DNA from: an uncultured Gemmatimonadaceae bacterium
Lineage (GTDB): Bacteria > Gemmatimonadota > Gemmatimonadetes > Gemmatimonadales > Gemmatimonadaceae
DNA length: 64,000 nt
Direction of reading: 5' to 3'
Assembly (NCBI GenBank): GCA_963761305.1
Contig: CAVXGK010000002.1
Location: 2,688,001 to 2,752,000 of the forward strand
Shown here piece after piece: positions 37,389 through 45,241 of the stretch. Position 1 is the stretch's first letter. Every line of letters starts with the position of its first letter. Made by a program: the position numbers and the translations under genes. The notes below the pieces were generated by a model. The model was given only the letters and a program-made list of their open reading frames with translations. It was not told the origin of the DNA and did not search any database.

Positions 37389-38891
37389 TTGCTCTCGTCC
37401 AAGCAGTGGACGCTCGTCGCGTCGATCCTCGCGTCGAGCCTGACGTTCATCGACGGCACCGCGGTCAACGTCGCACTGCCGGCGCTCCAGTCGAGCCTCG
37501 GCGCCACGGTCACCGACGTGCAGTGGGTGCTCGAGGCGTACACGCTGCTTTACGGATCGCTCATTCTCGTGGGCGGATCGCTCGGCGATCAGCTCGGGCG
37601 AAAGCGAGTCTTCCTCGTCGGCGTGTATGTCTTCGCGATCGCGTCGGTGCTGTGCGGCATCGCGCCAACTCCCACGCTGCTCATCGCCGCACGCGCGTTT
37701 CAGGGAGTCGGCGCGGCATTGCTCGCGCCGGGCAGTCTCGCACTCGTGAGCGCCGCGTACGACGACAAAGAGCGTGGCCTCGCGATCGGCACGTGGTCGG
37801 CGTTCAGCGCGATGACGACGGCGATCGGACCCGTGGGCGGCGGTTGGCTGATCGAGCACGTGGGCTGGCGTGCCATCTTCTTCGTCAACATTCCGCTGGC
37901 GGCGATCGTCGTGTTTCTCTCGCTGCGCCACGTGGATGAATCGAGCGACCCGTCGCGCCACGGCGCCATCGATTGGCTCGGCGCCGCGCTCACCGTCGTC
38001 GGCCTGAGCGCGCTCACCTACGGCTTTCTGTCCTGGCCGGCGCTCGGCGGCGGACGCTTTCTCACGTCGGGGATGATCGCGATCGGGGTATTCGCGCTCG
38101 TCGCCTTTGTTCTCGTCGAGCGAGCCGTGGTGAACCCGATGCTCCCGCTCGGCCTCTTCTCGTCGCCAACCTTTTCCCTCACGAACGTCCTCACGTTCCT
38201 GCTCTACGGCGCGCTGTCGACGATGCTCTTCGTCGTGCCGCTCGTAATGATTCAAGTCGACGGCTACTCGGCGACGGTCGCCGGCGCGTCGCTGCTGCCG
38301 TTTACCGTCATTCTCTTCGTCATGTCACGGTGGGCCGGCGGCCTGGTCGCACGCGTCGGACATCGGCCGCCGTTGACGATCGGTCCAGCGGTCGCGGCGC
38401 TTGGCCTCGCGGCGTTCGCGTTGCGATCGACCGCCACCGGTGCGTCCTACTGGACGTCGTTCTTCATTCCGATCGTCGTCCTCGCCATCGGCATGGGAAT
38501 CACCGTCGCGCCGCTCACGACGACGGTCATGACCGCCGCCGGCCGAGAGCACGCGGGCGTCGCGTCGGGGGTGAACAACGCGGTCGCGCGAATTGGCGGA
38601 CTGATGGCGATCGCGGTGTTCGGCGTCGTACTCGCTCGTTCGTTCGCGTCACGCGTCGAGCCGCGTCTCGAACACATGGCCATCTCGTCATCCGCGCGAG
38701 CGTCGGTGCAGCGCGAGCTGCCGAAGATGGCCGGGATCAAACTTGATTCGATCCCGTCGCTTCGGCCCGACGAGCGCGCGCTGGTGCGCTGGGCGGTCGA
38801 CGGTTCGTTCGTGTCCGCCTATCGGGTCGTGATGCTGTGCGTCGCGGCCATCGCGCTGGCGGCGGCGATCATTGGTTTGATGATTGCGTGA
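37389..38891 (+). CDS. MFS drug:H+ antiporter (DHA2, EmrB/QacA-like)
   Basis: IDGTAVNVALP, GSLGDQLGRKR, ARAFQGVGAA, GWRAIFFVNIP; about 14 TM segments. Confidence 0.92.
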   Translation: MLSSKQWTLVASILASSLTFIDGTAVNVALPALQSSLGATVTDVQWVLEAYTLLYGSLILVGGSLGDQLGRKRVFLVGVYVFAIASVLCGIAPTPTLLIAARAFQGVGAALLAPGSLALVSAAYDDKERGLAIGTWSAFSAMTTAIGPVGGGWLIEHVGWRAIFFVNIPLAAIVVFLSLRHVDESSDPSRHGAIDWLGAALTVVGLSALTYGFLSWPALGGGRFLTSGMIAIGVFALVAFVLVERAVVNPMLPLGLFSSPTFSLTNVLTFLLYGALSTMLFVVPLVMIQVDGYSATVAGASLLPFTVILFVMSRWAGGLVARVGHRPPLTIGPAVAALGLAAFALRSTATGASYWTSFFIPIVVLAIGMGITVAPLTTTVMTAAGREHAGVASGVNNAVARIGGLMAIAVFGVVLARSFASRVEPRLEHMAISSSARASVQRELPKMAGIKLDSIPSLRPDERALVRWAVDGSFVSAYRVVMLCVAAIALAAAIIGLMIA

Positions 38892-38906
38892 GCGAAACGG
38901 TGCGGA

Positions 38907-39617
38907 CTACGACTCGGTGATCGGGCCTTCGGTTCCCAGAGACGACGACGCGAGCGAGTCGCGGTCGCTCCGTAGGAGTTCGTAGGCGCGCATGCCGGCC
39001 ATCGCTCCCAATACCGGCGCAACCCAGTACAGCCAGTGCGCCGTCCAGATGCCACCGACAACCGCTGGGCCCAATGTGCGGGCGGGATTGAAGCTGCCGC
39101 CGGTGAGCGGACCAGTGATGAGCGCGCCCGCGAAGATTGTCGCGCCGATGGCGAACGGTGCCACGCTCGGCGGCGTCCGCGGGTCGCTTGCTACTCCCAT
39201 GATCACGAAGCCGAGGATGGCCGTGTAGCCCGCTTCGACGGCGAATGCTCGGATCGTCGAAATCGCGGGGATGGTCGCGCCATAGTTGCCGACCGGACCG
39301 ACGATCCAGGCCAGTACCAGCGACGCCACGATCGCGCCGGCGCACTGCGCCACGACATACGGAAACACGTCGCGCCCCTCGAATCGGCGAACTGACCAAA
39401 GTCCGATAGTCACGGCCGGGTTGATGTGTGCACCGCCTATGTGGCCTGTCGACGCGACGACGAGCGTCACGGCGAGACCGAAGGCGAGTGCGACCGCGGG
39501 CGCTCCGAACGCGTGCGTGGACGCGGACACCATCACCGCGCCTGGCCCAATGGCAACCAGAACGAACGTGCCGATGAATTCCGCGGCGTATCGGCGTGCG
39601 GCCGGGCGGAGCCTCAT
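38907..39617 (-). CDS. MIP family aquaporin/aquaglyceroporin (probable arsenite channel)
   Basis: AEFIGTF, HINPAVT and SFNPART (two NPA boxes); last gene of the ars operon. Confidence 0.92.
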   Translation of the reverse strand: MRLRPAARRYAAEFIGTFVLVAIGPGAVMVSASTHAFGAPAVALAFGLAVTLVVASTGHIGGAHINPAVTIGLWSVRRFEGRDVFPYVVAQCAGAIVASLVLAWIVGPVGNYGATIPAISTIRAFAVEAGYTAILGFVIMGVASDPRTPPSVAPFAIGATIFAGALITGPLTGGSFNPARTLGPAVVGGIWTAHWLYWVAPVLGAMAGMRAYELLRSDRDSLASSSLGTEGPITES

Positions 39618-40378
39618 GCCGAAGCAGGGACCTTGCCGCCGAGTCGCAGGTACTCCGCGAAGTCGTCCGGCAGATCACTTCGACGAATCGCGTCGACGGC
39701 CGCCTCTATGTCATACGCGACGCGGACGAACTCCACGTCGATCGAACCCTCTCGGGTGGTCGAGACGACGACGTAGCCGGCGCGCCAATCGCCGTCCTTC
39801 GGGCGCCCCACGCTGCCGGTGTTCACGAAGTGCACGCCGCCAACCGAGCGATGCCACGGAAGATGGGTGTGGCCGAACGCGATCAGATCGCCCGCCCCGG
39901 CGCCGACCACCTCCGCCATCTTCGTGCAGAACGTGTCGGGGCGATCCTCGGTCCAATACGTCACGTTGTTGAGCGGCGTGCCGTGGACGAGTGTGAGCGT
40001 CGGACCCGCGACGTGACCACCCAGCGGCCGAACGTCCAACCGAAACGGCAGCGTTCCGAGAGCCGCTTTTGTTTCCGCAGACACGTGCGCTCGCGTCCAA
40101 GCGTAGCTCACGTGCGACAGCTCTTCCTGTTTCGGATCCTCGTACCGACACCCGCAATGCTTGTAGTCTGTCGCAACCGTGGAGTCGTAGTTGCCCGAGA
40201 CACCCTCGATGTGATCGTCGCGCAGTCGCTGCACGACCTCGTTCGGCCACGGCGCGTATCCGACGAGATCGCCGAGGTGACAGATCGCGTCGACATCGGT
40301 TCGCCTTTGGATATCCGCGAGGACCGCATCGAGCGCCGGTAGGTTCGCGTGAATGTCTGAAAGAAGGGCGTATCGCAC
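39614..40378 (-). CDS. Calcineurin-like metallophosphoesterase
   Basis: SDIHAN, GDLVGY, GNYD, VHGTP, FGHTH, NTGSVG; contains HCGC. Confidence 0.92.
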   Translation of the reverse strand: MRYALLSDIHANLPALDAVLADIQRRTDVDAICHLGDLVGYAPWPNEVVQRLRDDHIEGVSGNYDSTVATDYKHCGCRYEDPKQEELSHVSYAWTRAHVSAETKAALGTLPFRLDVRPLGGHVAGPTLTLVHGTPLNNVTYWTEDRPDTFCTKMAEVVGAGAGDLIAFGHTHLPWHRSVGGVHFVNTGSVGRPKDGDWRAGYVVVSTTREGSIDVEFVRVAYDIEAAVDAIRRSDLPDDFAEYLRLGGKVPASA

Positions 40379-40927
40379 TTATGTCTGTGTTGACTGGATT
40401 TCGGTCCGCCCAGGGATGGGTGCCTCCACATTTGCGATGCGCTGGACGCGCGCCGCCAATGCGGCGCGTTCGAGCGCCTCGAAACGCAGGGATAGCAACA
40501 GATCGATTCGCCGCGACAGATGCGTTATCGTCTCGCGGAATGCGCGTCGTCGTGCATCGTCATCGCCGAACACATCTGCAGGATCGTCCATTCCCCAATG
40601 CGCGAACGCGGGCTGACCAGGAAACACCGGGCAGGTTTCCTTCGCGCGATCACAGACGGTGATGATCAGGTCCCAGTTATGGTCTTGGACGGCATCGATT
40701 CCTTTCGGGTGCCGTTTGGTCCAATCGATGCCGAACAGCCCGAGTGCCTCGACCGCCAAGGGATGGACGCTGTCCCCCGGAGACGATCCCGCGCTGGCGA
40801 CCTCGAATCTCGGCGCTCGATCCTTGGCTAGTCGGCTCGTCATCACGGCCTCCGCAATCTGACTCCGGGCCGAATTTCGCGTGCAGAGAAACAGCACGCG
40901 AAGCCGTGCATCTTCAGGTCGAACCAT
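40379..40927 (-). CDS. arsC: Arsenate reductase (LMW-PTP/thioredoxin type)
   Basis: CTRNSARS P-loop; TVCDRAKETCP; HWGMDDP. Confidence 0.92.
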   Translation of the reverse strand: MVRPEDARLRVLFLCTRNSARSQIAEAVMTSRLAKDRAPRFEVASAGSSPGDSVHPLAVEALGLFGIDWTKRHPKGIDAVQDHNWDLIITVCDRAKETCPVFPGQPAFAHWGMDDPADVFGDDDARRRAFRETITHLSRRIDLLLSLRFEALERAALAARVQRIANVEAPIPGRTEIQSTQT

Positions 40928-40971
40928 GGGTTCCTCGCCTCCAAAGTGTAGAGGCTTCTAGGGAAACGGGG

Positions 40972-41445
40972 CTAGTCGAGCAGGCGCATCATCACCGTTG
41001 CTGTCGACGGACACGCCGATTTGAACTCGACCGTCTCGCCAATCTCCGGCGGGACCGTATCTCTCTCGACTCGGACAAAGCCGAAGCGGGGGAAGTAGCG
41101 CTCGGCGGTGAGCGTCAGCAGGTACAGGGCGTGGATGCCACGCGACTCGGTCTCTGACACGATCCGTGAAACCAGCTCTTGGCCCACGCCGTGGCTTCGC
41201 CACTCGGGTCGAACCGCGACCGAGCGCAGCAGGGCGTTGTCGCCCCGAACCTCGAGGCCTGCCACTCCGACGAGTTCCCGCGCGCCACTACTTGTTTCCG
41301 CCACGAGAAAGCTTGACGCATTCGCCGTGAGCAACTCGCCGATTCCCGCGGTTGGAAGACCGGCGTCGACGAGCAGTGCCTCGATCGCGTGCCGGTCGGC
41401 AATTGTCGAGCGGCGAATCGAAGCAACGGCGGATTTGCTGGACAT
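40972..41445 (-). CDS. arsN2: Arsenic-resistance GNAT acetyltransferase (ArsN2-like)
   Basis: ALLRSVAV, LYLLTLTAERYFPRFGF, EFKSACPSTA; position within ars operon. Confidence 0.82.
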   Translation of the reverse strand: MSSKSAVASIRRSTIADRHAIEALLVDAGLPTAGIGELLTANASSFLVAETSSGARELVGVAGLEVRGDNALLRSVAVRPEWRSHGVGQELVSRIVSETESRGIHALYLLTLTAERYFPRFGFVRVERDTVPPEIGETVEFKSACPSTATVMMRLLD

Positions 41446-41465
41446 CGTCACTGATCCTTCCTCGC

Positions 41466-42434
41466 TCAAGTGCAGCAGTCGGGATCGCATCCACATTCCC
41501 TCTTATTCGACGTGGTGCTTGTGCCCAACTCGGCCAGTTGGAGCCGGGGCTTCGCCGCGCGCGGAATACCGGGTTTGGTGGCGCGAATGAATCCGCTCAT
41601 GATCTTTCCCTCCACCTGCTCCGCCAGCCCGACGTCCACTCCCGTGCCCGTGAGCAGCGCAACTGCGTCGTCGCGAGAATAGACGCGTGTCGGCTCAACG
41701 CTCGCGCGTTCGAATCCGACCGCGCCGAGCAGTTCGACGAATTCGTTTTCTTCGAGCGCGCCGGCGACGCAACCTGTCCAGAGTGGCATGCTCGCCTTGA
41801 CGGCGTCGGGCAGGTTTCCGCGAACGACGACGTCGCTCACGGCGAAGCGGCCGCCCGGCTTGAGAACGCGAAACGCCTCAGCGAGCACGCGCCGTTTGTC
41901 GCCGGACAGGTTGACGACGCAATTCGAGATGATGACGTCCACCGTGTTCGATGGCAGCGGGATCGCTTCGATGTGTCCTTTGAGAAACTCGACGTTCGTC
42001 GCGCCGGCTTTCGCTTTGTTGTCGAGCGCCAATGCGAGCATTTCGTCGGTCATGTCGAGTCCATACGCCTTGCCCGTCGGGCCAACGCGCTTCGCCGAGA
42101 GGAGAACGTCGATGCCACCGCCTGAGCCGAGGTCGAGGACTGTTTCCCCTTCGTGCAGTTCCGCGAGCGCCGTCGGGTTGCCGCATCCGAGCGACGCCAG
42201 CAGGGCCGCGGTGGGAAGTCCGGCGATTTCACCTGTCTCGTAGAGGTCGGCGGTGATCGGATCCCACGTCTCGGTCGTCGAGCCACAGCAGCCGCTTGAT
42301 TCGCCGCCGCAGCACGAGACAGTCGCGTTTCCGTCGGCGATCCGTTGCGCGATTGCGCCGTAGCGCTCGCGCACGGTTCCACGGATTTCCTCGAGCGGAG
42401 AGACGACTCCGCCAGACCTGTCTGCATCGCTCAT
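41466..42434 (-). CDS. arsM: Arsenite S-adenosylmethionine methyltransferase
   Basis: SLGCGNP, VLDLGSGGGID, IISNCVVNL, WTGCVAGA; Cys-rich termini (CC..CC, CGCDPDCC). Confidence 0.94.
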   Translation of the reverse strand: MSDADRSGGVVSPLEEIRGTVRERYGAIAQRIADGNATVSCCGGESSGCCGSTTETWDPITADLYETGEIAGLPTAALLASLGCGNPTALAELHEGETVLDLGSGGGIDVLLSAKRVGPTGKAYGLDMTDEMLALALDNKAKAGATNVEFLKGHIEAIPLPSNTVDVIISNCVVNLSGDKRRVLAEAFRVLKPGGRFAVSDVVVRGNLPDAVKASMPLWTGCVAGALEENEFVELLGAVGFERASVEPTRVYSRDDAVALLTGTGVDVGLAEQVEGKIMSGFIRATKPGIPRAAKPRLQLAELGTSTTSNKRECGCDPDCCT

Positions 42435-42452
42435 CGGGTTTCTCTCACGTTG

Positions 42453-42468
42453 ATCAAGAATCGTTGAT
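42453..42468. promoter_or_regulatory. ArsR-type operator upstream of arsM
   Basis: ATCAA-GAATCG-TTGAT inverted repeat. Confidence 0.75.
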
Positions 42469-42489
42469 ATGTCGGCCAACAAAAACCGC

Positions 42490-42816
42490 TCAGTCACAGC
42501 ACGCCGAGGCGCTCCGAACCGCGAGCGCCCGGCGTGACGGCTTGAATCCGGCGACGGCGTCAGCGATCTCGGCGAGGGCGTCCGGATCTAGGGAGTAATA
42601 GACCCATCGGCCCTCTTTCCGATCGTTGACGAGTCCGGCGTCCTTGAGAACTCTCAGATGGAACGACAGTCGCGACTGGGCCGCGCGCAGCTCGTCCTGC
42701 AATTCGCAGACACACCGTTCGCCGTCGCGGAGCATGTCCACGATCTCGAGCCGGGTGTTGTCGGACAGCGCGTGAAAGAGCTGCGCCGTGCGCTGGAGAG
42801 CGGCGGTGGCGGTCAT
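42490..42816 (-). CDS. arsR: ArsR/SmtB family As(III)-responsive repressor
   Basis: FHALSDNTRL, ERCVCEL, LSFHLRVLKDAGLV, GRWVYYSL, C-terminal CC. Confidence 0.95.
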   Translation of the reverse strand: MTATAALQRTAQLFHALSDNTRLEIVDMLRDGERCVCELQDELRAAQSRLSFHLRVLKDAGLVNDRKEGRWVYYSLDPDALAEIADAVAGFKPSRRALAVRSASACCD

Positions 42817-42827
42817 GTCGAGAATAT

Positions 42828-42843
42828 ATCAACCGTTTTTGAT
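42828..42843. promoter_or_regulatory. ArsR-type operator upstream of arsR
   Basis: ATCAA-CCGTTT-TTGAT inverted repeat, 11 bp before the arsR start. Confidence 0.78.
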
Positions 42844-42928
42844 CTGACAAGACGGGCAACCGACACGCCGTGACGGCCAAACCCCGCGCCGCTGGCGACG
42901 TGCCTCGCCGGAACTCGAGCGCGCCCTC

Positions 42929-42991
42929 CTACTAAGCCCATAGTTGACAACGCACCTGTGTTGTCGTATTATCTACTACGCACATAGTAGA
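42929..42991 (+). promoter_or_regulatory. Sigma70 promoter with overlapping BlaI-type operator palindromes
   Basis: TTGACA (42944-42949) - 17 bp - TATTAT (42967-42972); palindromes CTACTA-N6-TAGTTG, GACAAC-N8-GTTGTC, TCTACTA-N6-TAGTAGA. Confidence 0.8.
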
Positions 42992-42998
42992 GGAACCC

Positions 42999-43385
42999 AT
43001 GGATGACTTCGTGCTCGGCGACCGCGAGTTGGATGTGATGGGCGTTCTCTGGGACCTGGGATCGGGGACGGTCTCGGAGGTGCGCGGCAAACTGCCCGTC
43101 GACCTCGCGTACACGACGGTGCTGACGATCCTTCGCAATCTCGAGGCGAAGGAACTCGTGACGCACACCGCCGAGGGCAAGGCGCATCGGTACGTGCCGC
43201 GGGTGGCGCGAACGGTCGCTCGGAAAAACGCGCTCAGTCGAGTCCTCGACAAGCTGTTCCATGGCTCTCCTGAGCAGCTCGTTGCACAGCTCGTCGAAGA
43301 CGAGACGCTGTCGGCCGCGGATCTCAAGAGGCTTCGTGCCCTGCTCAAGCCGCGCGGGAAGAAGCGCGGAGGGAGCAAATCATGA
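42999..43385 (+). CDS. BlaI/MecI/CopY family repressor
   Basis: LGDRELDVMGVLW, LAYTTVLTILRNLEAK, KLFHGS..LVAQLV. Confidence 0.93.
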   Translation: MDDFVLGDRELDVMGVLWDLGSGTVSEVRGKLPVDLAYTTVLTILRNLEAKELVTHTAEGKAHRYVPRVARTVARKNALSRVLDKLFHGSPEQLVAQLVEDETLSAADLKRLRALLKPRGKKRGGSKS

Positions 43386-45025
43386 TCGCCTCGTGGATGC
43401 TGTACGCAGCGCTTGTCGGCACCCTGCTCACGGTGGCGGCGGTCGCCGGCGATCGCGTCGCCGTCGCCCGCCGCCGACCGACGCGCATCATCTGGTTCGC
43501 GGCCGTGCTGCTGTCGGTCCTTTGGCCCGTGGGCCGCGCGGCCGCGCGACTCGCGCCGAATCCGACCGCTGCGGCGCGTCTCGTCCCGTTCACCGTCACG
43601 GTTCAATCTCCGGCCATCATCACGCGCGACAACGGGTTGAATCGCGAGACAGTCGACCGGGCGCTCGTGTTCGTCTGGTGCGGATTGAGCGCGATGCTCC
43701 TGTTTCGTTTGGCGCGCGCCGTGTTGACGCTGCGGCGGACGCGCGACACGTGGCAATCGGCGCAGCTCGACGGCACGCCCGTTCGACTTTCCAAGAACGT
43801 CGGTCCGGCGGTGATCGGATTGCGCACGATGGACGTGGTGCTTCCGGAGTGGATTCTGTCGCTCGACACGCCGCTGCGCGCGATCGTGCTCCGGCACGAG
43901 GAGGAACACCGAAGCGCGCGCGACCCGTATCTGCTATTCGGCGCGGCGCTCGCTGTCGCCCTGATGCCGTGGAATCCGGCCCTCTGGTTTCAGGCCAGGC
44001 GACTGCGCTTGGCCATCGAGCTCGATTGCGACGCGCGCGTGCTGCGGACGCATCCGTCCACCGAGCGGTACGGCATGCTGATGTTGACGATCGCGCAACG
44101 CCGCTCGGTCGGTCCGACGCTGTTCTCGCCGATGCTCACCGAACCAACGTCCCTACTCGAACGGAGAATTCTCGCCATGCGCCCCACGACACGACGGTTG
44201 GCGCGAGTGACTGTGTACGGCGGCAGCGCGCTGGCCGTCGCGGCATTCGCGTTTGCATGCTCGCTGCAATCCGACACGACGGGCCCCAAGCCGGCGCCCC
44301 AGCGGGTCACCGACAATCAGATATTCCATGAGTTCCAGATCGAGAAGCAGGCGCAGCTCCTGCCGAATAATCCGGCTCCCGCATATCCCGGTCAGCTACG
44401 GAGCACGAACACGGAAGGAACCGTGTTGACGCAATTCGTCGTCGACACGAGCGGCCAACCGATGATCGAGACGTTCCGAGTACTCGAAAGCACCGACATC
44501 GGCTTTACGGCAGCCGTACGCGCGGCGATCCCGGCGTTGCGCTTCTCGCCGGCAGATGTCGGTGGAAAGAAGGTCAAGCAGCTCGTGCAAATGCCGTTCA
44601 ACTTCAGCGTGTCGAAGGACGCCGCCGGTGGTTCCAGCGGCTCGGTGAAGTTCGGTCAGACGCCGCTGCAGCCGCGTGGATCGTCGAATGGCCGCGGCGT
44701 GAAACCCGCGACGGTCCCGAACGGCGTCTACCTCGAGTATCAGGTCGAGAAGGCGGTCACGCCGCGGCCGGACAACGTCGGACCGCGGTATCCCACCGAG
44801 TTGCGGGCCGCGAACGTCGAGGGTGAGGTGCTGGCCCAGTTCATCGTTGACGAAGCGGGCCGCGCCGATTCAGCGTCGTTTCTCGTGGTGCGTTCCACCA
44901 ACGAGCAGTTCACGAACACCGTTCGCGCCTCGCTCTCGTCGTTCCGGTTCTACCCCGCGCAAGTCGGCGGCCGACCGGTGAAGCAGCTCGTCCAGATGCC
45001 TTTCACGTTCAGTCTCGCCAAGTAG
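43382..45025 (+). CDS. M56 (BlaR1-like) metallopeptidase with two C-terminal TonB_C domains
   Basis: HEEEH zinc motif, PWNPALW, ELDCDARVL, LERRI; two repeats of YP..LR..N.EG.VL.QF.VD..G...VKQLVQMPF.F. Confidence 0.9.
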   Translation: MIASWMLYAALVGTLLTVAAVAGDRVAVARRRPTRIIWFAAVLLSVLWPVGRAAARLAPNPTAAARLVPFTVTVQSPAIITRDNGLNRETVDRALVFVWCGLSAMLLFRLARAVLTLRRTRDTWQSAQLDGTPVRLSKNVGPAVIGLRTMDVVLPEWILSLDTPLRAIVLRHEEEHRSARDPYLLFGAALAVALMPWNPALWFQARRLRLAIELDCDARVLRTHPSTERYGMLMLTIAQRRSVGPTLFSPMLTEPTSLLERRILAMRPTTRRLARVTVYGGSALAVAAFAFACSLQSDTTGPKPAPQRVTDNQIFHEFQIEKQAQLLPNNPAPAYPGQLRSTNTEGTVLTQFVVDTSGQPMIETFRVLESTDIGFTAAVRAAIPALRFSPADVGGKKVKQLVQMPFNFSVSKDAAGGSSGSVKFGQTPLQPRGSSNGRGVKPATVPNGVYLEYQVEKAVTPRPDNVGPRYPTELRAANVEGEVLAQFIVDEAGRADSASFLVVRSTNEQFTNTVRASLSSFRFYPAQVGGRPVKQLVQMPFTFSLAK

Positions 45026-45072
45026 AAAGCCCCAAAGTCCTCTTGGTGCCCGGGCCTCCAATTGCAATCCGA

Positions 45073-45197
45073 CATCAACGGGGGGAACACGGACACGAAC
45101 GGATGGGACGGACACAAACAGAGACAACAAGAACCAGGTTGTTGTCTCCGTTTGTGTCCGTTGAATCCGTTCGTGTCCGTGTCACCACTCGTTGATG
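45073..45197. repeat. Long intergenic palindrome (about 58-bp arms)
   Basis: CATCAACGGGGGGAACACGGACACGAACGGATGGGACGGACACAAACAGAGACAACAA pairs with TTGTTGTCTCCGTTTGTGTCCGTTGAATCCGTTCGTGTCCGTGTCACCACTCGTTGATG around an 8-nt loop. Confidence 0.85.
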
Positions 45198-45241
45198 CTC
45201 GGCTGCCCGGAACGGCAAAGGGTAGCGCGCCACGCCGAGTC

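Noticed and set aside
45073..45197. CRISPR array
   Set aside because: Single inverted repeat with no repeat-spacer periodicity and no cas genes
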